Shown here: piece after piece, positions 1 through 6,958 of the stretch
How the letters are laid out: each line of letters starts with the position of its first letter
Numbering within the stretch: position 1 is the first letter of the stretch
The notes under the pieces: generated by a model
Told to the model about the DNA's origin: nothing
What the model saw: only the letters and a program-made list of their open reading frames with translations
The model's database searches: none
Program-made: the position numbers and the translations under genes
Source of the DNA: Phycisphaerales bacterium
Lineage (GTDB): Bacteria; Planctomycetota; Phycisphaerae; UBA1845
DNA length: 24,000 nt
Assembly (NCBI GenBank): GCA_030631415.1
Contig: DAOVLE010000036.1
Location: forward strand, 1 to 24,000
Reading direction: 5' to 3'

Positions 1-38
1 CCATTCGCGTCCCCCACGGCTAAAGCGATGGGCCACCC
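1..38 (-). repeat. Family-B GC-rich palindromic repeat (may continue beyond the window edge)
   Basis: ccattcgcgtcccccacggctaaagcgatgggccaccc is the near-exact reverse complement of gggtggcccaccgctttagcggtgggggacgcgaatg at 2611-2647. Other copies: 4121-4156 (+), 4201-4238 (-), partial 9811-9829 (+). Contains an internal palindrome cccacSgc-ttta-gcSgtggg. Confidence 0.85.
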
Positions 39-40
39 AC

Positions 41-133
41 CTTGTTGCCTTGTTGCCTCGTTGCCTCGTTGCCTCGTTGCCTCGTTGCCTCTTGCCTCTT
101 GCCTCTTGCCTCTTGCCTCTTGCCTCTTGCCTC
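41..133. repeat. Tandem array (CTTGTTGC)x2 (CTCGTTGC)x4 (CTCTTGC)x6
   Basis: Read directly: six 8-mers at 41-88, then six 7-mers at 89-130, plus a partial unit. Abuts the family-B repeat. Confidence 0.95.
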
Positions 134-148
134 ATTCTCCGTCAGTGC

Positions 149-189
149 GGTGGGTTCCGCTTCGCTCCGCGAAGCTCCACCCACCCTAC
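149..189. repeat. Nested REP-like hairpin with CTAC tail (variant of family A right arm)
   Basis: GGTGGGT-TCC-[GCTTCGC-TCC-GCGAAGC]-TCC-ACCCACC-CTAC. The outer 7-bp stem and CTAC tail mirror the family-A arm GGCGGGT-GGA-ACCCGCC-CTAC, with an extra inner 7-bp hairpin. Confidence 0.6.
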
Positions 190-304
190 GTGGAATCAAA
201 AGCCCTTAAAATCCTCTCAGGGTTTTACCCGATTCTTTGCCCATTTCACAAGCGTTATTCCATACATCTTGGGGTGTTTGGGCGAATGTATACATCAAGT
301 TGTG

Positions 305-333
305 TTGACTCGGCGTAAACGATCATTTATACT
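305..333 (+). promoter_or_regulatory. sigma70-type promoter candidate for mraZ (Pmra)
   Basis: TTGACT (305-310), 17-bp spacer, TATACT (328-333). It lies in the only AT-rich patch (about 190-360) of a GC-rich window, about 100 nt upstream of the mraZ ATG. Confidence 0.55.
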
Positions 334-374
334 CCGAAACCCAGAACTTTTTATGTGTATTGGGTTTGCACGAA

Positions 375-419
375 GTGGTTTTTGGTGGTACATTTTCCCT
401 AGAAGTCCCCGAAAGTGGG
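375..419 (+). promoter_or_regulatory. Candidate MraZ operator: phased GTGG(T/G) direct repeats
   Basis: GTGGT at 375-379 and 385-389 (exactly 10 bp apart) and GTGGG at 415-419 (30 bp further on, same helical face). A degenerate GTCCC sits at 405-409. Located between the promoter candidate and the mraZ start. MraZ of E. coli and B. subtilis is reported to bind phased GTGG/TGGGN direct repeats in its own promoter region. Confidence 0.4.
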
Positions 420-431
420 GCAGCTAGGGCG

Positions 432-914
432 ATGAGGCCTATGATCTTTACGGACGCTCATGAACGGACCCTCGATGGCAAAAATCGCATTCAAATTCCT
501 TCGGAGTATCGCAACGGTCTGGACCCGGAGGTGGATGGTGATGCGTTTTACCTGTGTCCTGGAGAGCGGAAGAACACCCTGTCGCTGTGCCCGTCGAAAA
601 GGTTCGAGGAGCGGGTTCGAGCTTTGCGAACCAGTCACATTGCCGGTGACGAGTCCTTGGCATTCGAGCAGGTTTTTTACTCGCTCGTCAGCCGCCTGGA
701 AATGGACAAACAAGGTCGCATGGTGTTGCCTGAGCGGCAACTCGCGATGGTCAACCTGGGCAAAGAGATCACCCTGGCGGGCGCCAATGAACGGATCGAT
801 CTGTGGCGCACGTCGGAGTACAAAGAGTTTATTGAGGCGAATTTCGAGCAACGTTGGCACAAGTTGCAACGATTCTTGCGGATGGCCGGCAGCGAGTGGG
901 AGGACAAAACTTAA
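432..914 (+). CDS. mraZ: Transcriptional regulator MraZ
   Basis: ORF 360-914 trimmed to ATG 432, downstream of the promoter/operator candidates. Two MraZ half-domains, each with the motif D-x-K/Q-x-R-x-x-x-P (DGKNRIQIPSEYR and DKQGRMVLPERQL). About 160 aa. First gene of the order mraZ-rsmH-ftsL-ftsI. Confidence 0.9.
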   Translation: MRPMIFTDAHERTLDGKNRIQIPSEYRNGLDPEVDGDAFYLCPGERKNTLSLCPSKRFEERVRALRTSHIAGDESLAFEQVFYSLVSRLEMDKQGRMVLPERQLAMVNLGKEITLAGANERIDLWRTSEYKEFIEANFEQRWHKLQRFLRMAGSEWEDKT

Positions 915-980
915 TTGGCGGCGGTCTGCCACGTGATCCCCGGTGGGACGTTTTGAAACCAAGAGCGCGGGAAGAGCCCT

Positions 981-1020
981 GAAAAGTCGCCCGATTGCTG
1001 GCGCGGGCGGGCGACTTTTC
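981..1020 (+). terminator. Perfect 12-bp stem hairpin downstream of mraZ (possible attenuator/terminator)
   Basis: gaaaagtcgccc (981-992) pairs with gggcgacttttc (1009-1020), with a 16-nt loop. The 3' arm ends in TTTTC, but there is no free U-tract after the stem, so terminator function is uncertain. Confidence 0.3.
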
Positions 1021-1066
1021 CAGGGCGACTTATCCCGGATGATTCACCGCGGAACACGCGAAAAAA

Positions 1067-1238
1067 GGGAAAATGGAAAATTGAAAATGGGGGGATGGGA
1101 GACATTGTCGTTGTGTGCACACGTGGGTGTTTAACGGCGATAAGTCCGCAACGTTTAGCGGCGACAAGTCCGCAATGTTTAGCGGCGACCCGAAGGGGAG
1201 CGTGTAGAAGTCAAGAAGGCGGGTAGAACCCGCCCTAC
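1067..1238 (-). repeat. Composite modular repeat, copy X1 (reverse orientation)
   Basis: In reverse complement it carries the same modules in the same order as 16065-16324. Module 1: GTAGGGCGGGTTCTACCCGCC, an identical 21-mer including the rare TTCTAC variant. Module 2: ACGCTCCCC-TTSGGG. Module 3: GCCGCTAAACnnTRCGGACTTGTCGC, tandemly duplicated here as 24-mers at 1136-1159 and 1160-1183. Module 4: GTGYRCACAACGACAATGTYTCCCATCYCCCCATTTTC followed by heptamer repeats. Confidence 0.8.
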
Positions 1239-1360
1239 ATCCGCCCTTCTGCGTTCTCTACGGGATAACGAATGTGTTGTTTGAGTGCCCGTGTCGGCGA
1301 GGGTAGTGAAGGGAGTCGCCGGGCCGACGTTGCGGTGGCCGATGAGGGCAGGAGCGCGCG

Positions 1361-1603
1361 ATGAACCGGAGACCTCAGAGAGTGGTGCGTCAGGTGCAAC
1401 TGTTATTGCACGGCGAACAATCAGTGGTGGATATGGAGGCGTCGCTCGCGTCCCAGATATCCGAGCTGGAGAGGCGTATTGCCAGGATTCGCCGTCTCGG
1501 AACACAGTACGCCGGCGTCCGGGTCTCCCAGGATGTTCAGAATCTGCGCCAAGCCGCGGTTGCCGAGGGCTGCGGGGGGCATCGCGTCACCATGGAGGTG
1601 TGA
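1361..1603 (+). CDS. Hypothetical small protein (80 aa, predicted helical/coiled-coil segment)
   Basis: ATG 1361 is preceded by AGGAG (1350-1354) at 6-nt spacing. SLASQISELERRIARIRRL looks like an amphipathic helix. No recognisable family. Sits in the expanded mraZ-rsmH spacer. Could be spurious in GC-rich DNA. Confidence 0.35.
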   Translation: MNRRPQRVVRQVQLLLHGEQSVVDMEASLASQISELERRIARIRRLGTQYAGVRVSQDVQNLRQAAVAEGCGGHRVTMEV

Positions 1604-1644
1604 GCGACCCCTCTTGTGTTTCGCCCCGGCAAAGAACCCGAGGG

Positions 1645-1686
1645 CTGATAACTGATAACTGATAACTGATAACTGATAGCTGAAAG
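1645..1686 (+). repeat. Tandem heptamer array (CTGATAA)x4 plus two degenerate units
   Basis: Perfect units at 1645-1651, 1652-1658, 1659-1665 and 1666-1672, then CTGATAG and CTGAAAG. Ends 7 nt before the rsmH GTG. Places TGA/TAA stops in all three plus-strand frames. Confidence 0.95.
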
Positions 1687-1692
1687 CTTCCC

Positions 1693-2607
1693 GTGATTGA
1701 ACCGTTGGCTGAACACACGCCGGTGCTTCCCGAGGAGGTGGTCAGGCTGTTGGCCCCACAGCCGGGCGAAGTGGTGGTTGATGCCACGGTTGGTGCCGGC
1801 GGTCATGCGTGTTTGCTGGCTGACGCTATAGGGGCGGGTGGCGTCCTGTATGGTTTGGACGTTGACAGCGAGGCTTTGGAGATCGCTGCCGGGCGGTTGG
1901 CTCAGTGTGCTTGCCGTGTTTCGCTCCACCGATGCAACTTTGCGGGCCTGGGGTTGATCCTGCGTGAGTCGGGTGTTTTGGGGGTTGACATAATCCTTGC
2001 GGATTTGGGCGTCAGTTCCATGCAACTTGCGAACCGGCAACGGGGTTTTTCGTTCAGCAGCGAGGGCCTGCTGGACATGAGAATGGATGATCGGCTCGAG
2101 ACGCGGGCCTGCGATCTGGTTAACAGTCTCAGCGAACAGCAGCTCGCCGATGTAATCTATAAGCACTCTCAGGAGCGTTTCAGCCGCCGCATCTCCAAGT
2201 GGATTTGCAGCGCCCGCCGTGAGGGGCGGATCACCACTACGGCTCAACTGGTGGAGGTGGTTTGCAAGGCATTGAGGGTGAATCCACGTTCGCGACGGAG
2301 CAAAATCCATCCCGCGACGCGGACCTTTCAGGCCTTGCGCATTGCGGTGAACGACGAGTTGGCTGCGTTGGGCAAACTGCTCGAGCAGGCCCCCCAATAT
2401 CTCAACCCCGGCGGGCGGTTGGGCATCATATCGTTCCACAGTCTCGAGGACGGCATGGTAAAGCATGATTTCCGCCGCCGGAAAGATGAAGAATTGTACG
2501 AGGTCTTAACCAAACGCCCGGTGATTGCCGACCAGGGCGAACGGGTGGCGAATCCGCGGTCGCGCAGTGCCAAGCTGCGGGTTGCCCGGCGAATTGCCCG
2601 GCTGTAG
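1693..2607 (+). CDS. rsmH: 16S rRNA (cytosine1402-N4)-methyltransferase RsmH (MraW)
   Basis: GTG start. Motifs: HTPVLPEEV, DATVGAGGH (SAM pocket), DLGVSSMQL, RGFSF, DMRMD, IHPATRTFQALRIAVN, SFHSLED. Follows mraZ. The TAG stop (2605-2607) lies inside a GTAG repeat head. Confidence 0.93.
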   Translation: MIEPLAEHTPVLPEEVVRLLAPQPGEVVVDATVGAGGHACLLADAIGAGGVLYGLDVDSEALEIAAGRLAQCACRVSLHRCNFAGLGLILRESGVLGVDIILADLGVSSMQLANRQRGFSFSSEGLLDMRMDDRLETRACDLVNSLSEQQLADVIYKHSQERFSRRISKWICSARREGRITTTAQLVEVVCKALRVNPRSRRSKIHPATRTFQALRIAVNDELAALGKLLEQAPQYLNPGGRLGIISFHSLEDGMVKHDFRRRKDEELYEVLTKRPVIADQGERVANPRSRSAKLRVARRIARL

Positions 2608-2695
2608 GGCGGGTGGCCCACCGCTTTAGCGGTGGGGGACGCGAATGCGTGGGCGGGGGACGGATGGCCGCTCCCTTACGGTCGCGGTACTGATT
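2604..2695 (+). repeat. Composite repeat: GTAG head + family B (2611-2647) + family E (2657-2695)
   Basis: GTAGGGCGGGTGG fuses a family-A-like head to the family-B unit. Next comes GGGACGGATGGCCGCTCCCTTACGGTCGCGGTACTGATT, which recurs with one mismatch at 14951-14989. Confidence 0.8.
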
Positions 2696-2739
2696 AGCCG
2701 CTCGGGGCGAGTAATGCCAAGCTGTGGAGGTGGGTGCTG

Positions 2740-3747
2740 ATGGCCCAGGAAACCAAGGTGGGTTTGGTCGTTGGTTTGGGGTTCATCGTCTGCTTTGCCG
2801 TGACCCTGTCCAACCGACATGGTGCCGAGCACATTCAGCCGCAGATGCCCTACCGGCTGTTTGGCACCCCCACCGAATCGGGTCAAAGCCCTACCGGCAT
2901 ATTGCCTGAGAACCGTGCCCGGGAGATCGGGCGTGGGCAATGGTCCACTACGGTGGCTCGCGAGCCCGCGGAGCGATCGGCACCTGCATCGCGCCGGAGC
3001 GAGTCTGTAGCACCGCGCCGCGATCGCGTCGGCTCAGAGCCCGGAATCATCGCGGACCCGGAACGGTTCACCCGGCGGCGGAGGCCTATCCCCCAACCGC
3101 TCGATCTTCCCGGCGCGGTGCTGGCTGACGCAGCCGATGCGAGACAAGACCACCTCGATTTGCTGGTTGGCGAGGCGCCCCGGTACGGGCAGCCGCAAAC
3201 TCATCCGGATGGGACGGCGTCGGCAAAGTTGCCTTCATCTCTGGCGGCTTACGCCGATCTCTTCGAGCCTGCAACACCACGTCACAGGGCAGCCCCCATT
3301 AGAGAGGAACAACACGTGGTGCGGAAAGGGGACACCCTGACTAAGATCGCACGCCGTTACTACGGCTCATCTTCACCCGGAATCGTCACTGCCATTTTCG
3401 AGGCCAATCGCCAGGTCATGCGTTCGCCGCACGAAGTTGTGGAGGGGTCGCGGCTGCGTCTGCCGATGGTGGAGGGGGTTTCGCCCCCAGATGAGCCGGC
3501 GGCAGGTGCCGATCTGCGTCAGGCTCAAGCCGATGCGTTGCGTGACACCCGGCGTGCCCCGGCATACCGCTGGTACAAGGTTCAAAAGGGCGATTTGTTG
3601 GGGACCATCGCCCAGAAGCAACTGGGCACTTCCAGGCGTTGGAAGGAGATTTTCGAGCTGAACAGGGACATCTGCCCCGATGCCCGCCATTTGCCTTGTG
3701 GGGTGGAGATACGAATCCCGATTGATACGTTGGCAGATAGCAGGTGA
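2740..3747 (+). CDS. Membrane-anchored protein with two LysM peptidoglycan-binding domains
   Basis: ATG 2740 follows GGAGG (2726-2730). N-terminal TM helix VGLVVGLGFIVCFAVTL, then a long Pro/Arg/Ala-rich linker. Two LysM signatures: HVVRKGDTLTKIARRYYG...LRLP and YKVQKGDLLGTIAQKQLG...IRIP. Confidence 0.85.
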   Translation: MAQETKVGLVVGLGFIVCFAVTLSNRHGAEHIQPQMPYRLFGTPTESGQSPTGILPENRAREIGRGQWSTTVAREPAERSAPASRRSESVAPRRDRVGSEPGIIADPERFTRRRRPIPQPLDLPGAVLADAADARQDHLDLLVGEAPRYGQPQTHPDGTASAKLPSSLAAYADLFEPATPRHRAAPIREEQHVVRKGDTLTKIARRYYGSSSPGIVTAIFEANRQVMRSPHEVVEGSRLRLPMVEGVSPPDEPAAGADLRQAQADALRDTRRAPAYRWYKVQKGDLLGTIAQKQLGTSRRWKEIFELNRDICPDARHLPCGVEIRIPIDTLADSR

Positions 3748-3753
3748 TAGCCG

Positions 3754-4041
3754 GTGACTCTTGTGCGCATTGTCGGTTTGCTGCTGATTTTCGGGTCAAT
3801 AGCCTTAACGGTGGTTTGCCTGCGCAGCGAAGAGGCGCGGATCGCCCGGCGTATCCAGGATGTCCAGTTTGAACTTGTTAAAATCCGCCGCGAGTTGTGG
3901 TCCACACAATTGGCCATCGCCCGCTGCAAGTCCCCGCGGCGTATCGACGACGAGGTCACCCGGCGGTCCTTGAGCCTGGCGGCTCCGTCCCCACCGGGGC
4001 CGAGACCGGCAGAAGAGCTAAGATGGGCCAACGCACGATAG
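3754..4041 (+). CDS. ftsL: FtsL-like bitopic cell-division protein
   Basis: 95 aa. Short N-terminus, TM helix IVGLLLIFGSIALTVVCL, then a heptad-like helix EEARIARRIQDVQFELVKIRRELWSTQL, then ...SPRRIDDEV... (resembles the SPxRIE tail of FtsL proteins). Starts 6 nt after the LysM gene and lies immediately 5' of ftsI. Assignment rests on architecture and position, not on a family match. Confidence 0.55.
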   Translation: MTLVRIVGLLLIFGSIALTVVCLRSEEARIARRIQDVQFELVKIRRELWSTQLAIARCKSPRRIDDEVTRRSLSLAAPSPPGPRPAEELRWANAR

Positions 4042-4047
4042 AAATAA

Positions 4048-4078
4048 GTCCAAGGTCCAAGGTCCAAAGTCCAAAGTC
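4048..4078 (+). repeat. Tandem heptamer array (GTCCAAG)x2 (GTCCAAA)x2 plus partial
   Basis: Read directly. Starts 7 nt after the ftsL-like stop codon. Confidence 0.9.
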
Positions 4079-4120
4079 GGTGGCATCGGCGTCCCCGCCG
4101 GTGAAAGATGCAGAGCAGCC

Positions 4121-4238
4121 GGGTGGCCCATGGCTTTAGCCGTGGGGGACACGAATCGAAACACTGAGGTTGTTATGGGGCCGGCGGTGCTTGGATGAAC
4201 CATTCGTGTCCCCCCACCGCTAAAGCGATGGGCCACCC
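4121..4238. repeat. Inverted doublet of family-B repeats (long hairpin potential)
   Basis: 4121-4156 gggtggcccatggctttagccgtgggggacacgaat and 4201-4238 cattcgtgtccccccaccgctaaagcgatgggccaccc are reverse complements with few mismatches, separated by about 44 nt. Lies between ftsL-like and ftsI. Confidence 0.85.
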
Positions 4239-4256
4239 ACACACGGAGGCTTGTGT

Positions 4257-5975
4257 GTGATCGGCAATGACTTTAACACATACCAGCGCCGAGTGGGAAC
4301 CGCTGTGCTTCTGGGGTTGGCTTTGGTATTCGCGGTCCTTGGCGGGCGTCTGGTGCATATCAATACGGTGTTGGCCTCTCGCCTGCAGGCTGTGCTGGAT
4401 AAGCAGCATATCGGGTATACGCCCGTTCCGGGGCGGCGGGGCTTGATATTCGACTGCCAGGGGCGAGTCATCGCCGGCAGCGAACAGGTGCCCGGCATTT
4501 TCGCCGACCCCGGCCGGATAAAGGACCTGCCCAAGTCAGCCGCCAAAGTGGCGGCGGTGTTGGGCATGATCCCGGGCGAAGTGGAGGACGTCATCCGGCA
4601 CAGTGAGACTCCGCGGTTCTGTTGGCTTAAGCGCCGCGTCTCGCGCGACGAGGCTGACGCAGCCCGATCCTTGGGTTTGCGTGGTTTTGGGGTTCAGAAT
4701 GAGCCGGTTCGCCGTTATCCGCTGGGGGCTGCTTTGGCCCAGGTGCTGGGTTTTGTGAGCCCGGACGGGAAGGGGATAACCGGCATCGAACTGCAATACG
4801 ATTCGCACCTTTGCAGTTATAACGGGCGGATCACCAGCATCGGGGACGTTGGGAGAAACGCGATATGGCGGCTGGAGCGTGGCACCGTCCCGGTGACAGA
4901 CGGCGGGCATGTGATGCTGACCATCGACAATGTCATCCAGCAATTGGTCGAGGAACAGTTGGAAAAGCGGGTCAGGGAGCTCAAGGCTGAGAGTGGTGTG
5001 GCGGTGGTGATGTCGCCGAAGACGGGCGACATACTGGCAATGGCCTGCTGCCCGACCTTCGACCCCGCCGACTATGGCTCTATTTCCCAGGACTGGTGGC
5101 GGAACCGCACGGTAACAGACCCGGTGGAGCCGGGAAGCACCTTCAAGCCAGTCGTTGCCGGCTGGGCCCTTGCCAAGGGTTTCATCTCCCGCACCGAGAC
5201 AATCTTCTGCCACAACGGAGTGTATGCCACCAGCGGCCGGGTGCTGAAAGACGTTAAGCCACACGGCAACCTGGATTTCGCGGGCATCCTCGTTCACAGC
5301 AGCAATATCGGGATGGGCATCATAGGCCAACGCATGGGCAACTCGGTGCTTTACGAGGCGGTGCGTCGGTTTGGTTTCGGGCAGCCTACCGGGCTGGGTT
5401 TCCCCGGCGAATCCGGAGGGATAGTGCGGGCGCTTCCGGATTGGGCCAAGCTTTCGAGCACTTCCATACCGATGGGCTACGAGATCGGTGTCACGCCGTT
5501 GCAGTTGACCACCGCCTATTGTGCAATAGTGAATGGTGGGATACTGCTGAAACCGCGTCTGGTGCGGGCCTTGCTCGCCCCGGAAGGCACGCCGTGTGAG
5601 TTGTCCACAGGCCCCCAACAAATCCGCCAGGTGCTCCCCGAGCAGACGGCGAGGTATTTGGCTGAAACGGTCCTGCCCGCCGTGGTCACCCGCGACAATA
5701 GCAAAGGCACAGAATCCGACTACCCGATGTTGGGCAAGACCGGGACAGCCAAACTCCTCCGCAAGGACGGGAAACGCTACGCCGACAGGGCATATCTCTG
5801 TTCGTTTGTTGGCGCCGCCCCAGTGGACGACCCTCGTGTAGTGGTTCTGGTGATGGTTCGCCGCCCGGACCCTGATCTGGGGCGATTTGGGCGCATCGTA
5901 TCCATGCCGGTGGTGCGTAAGATCATTGACCTGACACTGTCTTACCTGGACACCCAATCACAACCTGAAGCGTAA
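4257..5975 (+). CDS. ftsI: Class B penicillin-binding protein / peptidoglycan D,D-transpeptidase FtsI
   Basis: GTG 4257 is 7 nt after GGAGG (4245-4249); the ORF track starts at TTG 4251. N-terminal TM helix AVLLGLALVFAVLGG. Transpeptidase motifs STFK (SxxK), SSN (SxN), KTGTA (KTG). dcw position after ftsL. Confidence 0.9.
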   Translation: MIGNDFNTYQRRVGTAVLLGLALVFAVLGGRLVHINTVLASRLQAVLDKQHIGYTPVPGRRGLIFDCQGRVIAGSEQVPGIFADPGRIKDLPKSAAKVAAVLGMIPGEVEDVIRHSETPRFCWLKRRVSRDEADAARSLGLRGFGVQNEPVRRYPLGAALAQVLGFVSPDGKGITGIELQYDSHLCSYNGRITSIGDVGRNAIWRLERGTVPVTDGGHVMLTIDNVIQQLVEEQLEKRVRELKAESGVAVVMSPKTGDILAMACCPTFDPADYGSISQDWWRNRTVTDPVEPGSTFKPVVAGWALAKGFISRTETIFCHNGVYATSGRVLKDVKPHGNLDFAGILVHSSNIGMGIIGQRMGNSVLYEAVRRFGFGQPTGLGFPGESGGIVRALPDWAKLSSTSIPMGYEIGVTPLQLTTAYCAIVNGGILLKPRLVRALLAPEGTPCELSTGPQQIRQVLPEQTARYLAETVLPAVVTRDNSKGTESDYPMLGKTGTAKLLRKDGKRYADRAYLCSFVGAAPVDDPRVVVLVMVRRPDPDLGRFGRIVSMPVVRKIIDLTLSYLDTQSQPEA

Positions 5976-6000
5976 GCGAGGGGCCTACCCCGGATCGTTC

Positions 6001-6146
6001 ATGAACGCAGAGACGCAGAGGCGCAGAGGCGCAGAGAAGAGAAATTCCGCAGATTACACAGATTAAGCAGATTGACAAAGAAATGTACCCAAACCTAATC
6101 TTTGCTGTCTCCCGGGCATTTTCGCCCAAGTCTGCGTAATCTGCGG
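6001..6146. repeat. Composite repeat: ATGAACGCAGAGACGCAGAG(GCGCAGAG)n module plus an inverted pair CCGCAGATTACACAGA / TCTGCGTAATCTGCGG
   Basis: The 6001-6040 module recurs at 16214-16245 (atgaacgcagagacgcagagagcgcagagaagaag). 6047-6062 and 6131-6146 are reverse complements with 1 mismatch, flanking an AT-rich 68-nt loop that contains TTGACA (6072-6077). Confidence 0.8.
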
Positions 6147-6156
6147 ATAGTATTTG

Positions 6157-6212
6157 TAGGGCGGGTTCCACCCGCCTTCTTGGCGTCCTGCAGCGGGTGG
6201 AACCCGCCCTAC
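6157..6212. repeat. Family-A REPIN-like inverted doublet
   Basis: GTAGGGCGGGTTCCACCCGCC (6157-6177), 15-nt spacer, GCGGGTGGAACCCGCCCTAC (6193-6212). Confidence 0.9.
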
Positions 6213-6322
6213 GACTGCTCTCCATTGGATAAGGGCCTGGGCAACCTACGGGCTTGTGTCGAACATCTATAGGGGGTATCCTGCCGCGGTTGGGCTCAAG
6301 TGTTTTCGGTGAGATTGCCGCG

Positions 6323-6958
6323 ATGTCGGGAATTGCACAACCGAGTGATGGTGGACAAGTCGGCGGTTTGCTGGATCGAGCACGTCGCGGCAACCAGGGC
6401 GCTTTTGCCGAACTGTGTTCCGACGCGTCGCGGAGCCGCTGGCTGCTGGCCATCACCGGCACGCTTCCGTCCTACCTGCGATGCAAGGTTGACGCCGAGG
6501 ACGTTCTTCAGGACGTTCTAAGCTCCGCCTGGCGGAGTATTGAAAACGTCGAGGGGGAAAACGCGGAGGATTTCCACCGTTGGGTGTCGGGCATACTGCG
6601 GAACAAAGTCACCGACACAATCCGGTTCTATGGCAGGCGCAAGCGTGAGGCCTTCCGCGAGGAGGGCCACCATACCTCCCCCGAGTCCAAAGCGTACTGC
6701 CACAGGAACACGCCCAGCAAGTCCGCGTTCCGCCATGAGCAGATCGCCAAGATTGCCGAGGTGCTGGACTTGCTAAAAGAGCCTTACCGCCAGGTTATTG
6801 TTCACCGCGTTCTGGAAGGGTGTTCCACCAGGGAAGTTGCGGAAATAATGGGTAAGGAGACTGAGCATGTGAACATACTTCTATACCGGGCGCTGAGAAA
6901 ACTCAAGGGAATATTGCAGGAGCGCGGAATCGAATCCACTCTTTTCAGACCTCTTTGA
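6323..6958 (+). CDS. ECF-type RNA polymerase sigma factor (sigma-70 family, regions 2 and 4)
   Basis: ORF 6254-6958 trimmed to ATG 6323. Region 2: LLDRARRGNQGAFAELC...DAEDVLQDVLSSAWRSI...FHRWVSGILRNKVTD. Region 4 HTH: YRQVIVHRVLEGCSTREVAEIMGKETEHVNILLYRALRKLK. The stop overlaps the candidate start of the kinase gene. Confidence 0.85.
   Translation: MSGIAQPSDGGQVGGLLDRARRGNQGAFAELCSDASRSRWLLAITGTLPSYLRCKVDAEDVLQDVLSSAWRSIENVEGENAEDFHRWVSGILRNKVTDTIRFYGRRKREAFREEGHHTSPESKAYCHRNTPSKSAFRHEQIAKIAEVLDLLKEPYRQVIVHRVLEGCSTREVAEIMGKETEHVNILLYRALRKLKGILQERGIESTLFRPL

Noticed and set aside
28-427. ORFs of 96 and 125 aa at the window start
   Set aside because: They translate the 8-mer/7-mer tandem arrays (LVASLPRCLVASLP..., LPLASCLLPLASC) and the AT-rich promoter region. 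They are repeat-derived, not coding.
1537-2466. 309-aa minus-strand ORF
   Set aside because: Antisense shadow of rsmH. It also reads through the CTGATAA heptamer array (SVISYQLSVISYQ).
3582-4067. 161-aa minus-strand ORF
   Set aside because: Overlaps the end of the LysM gene and all of the ftsL-like gene in antisense. No motifs. The plus-strand genes have better start contexts and recognisable architecture.
4536-5957. 473-aa ORF on the minus strand
   Set aside because: Antisense shadow of ftsI, which has SxxK/SxN/KTG motifs. No recognisable features.
6193-6230. GGAAC inside family-A right arms as an ECF-type -35 element (which would make REPINs portable ECF promoters)
   Set aside because: I found no consistent CGT-type -10 element at 16-17 bp downstream of the GGAAC in the different copies. 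The match is a 5-mer inside a GC-rich palindrome, so chance is the simpler explanation.
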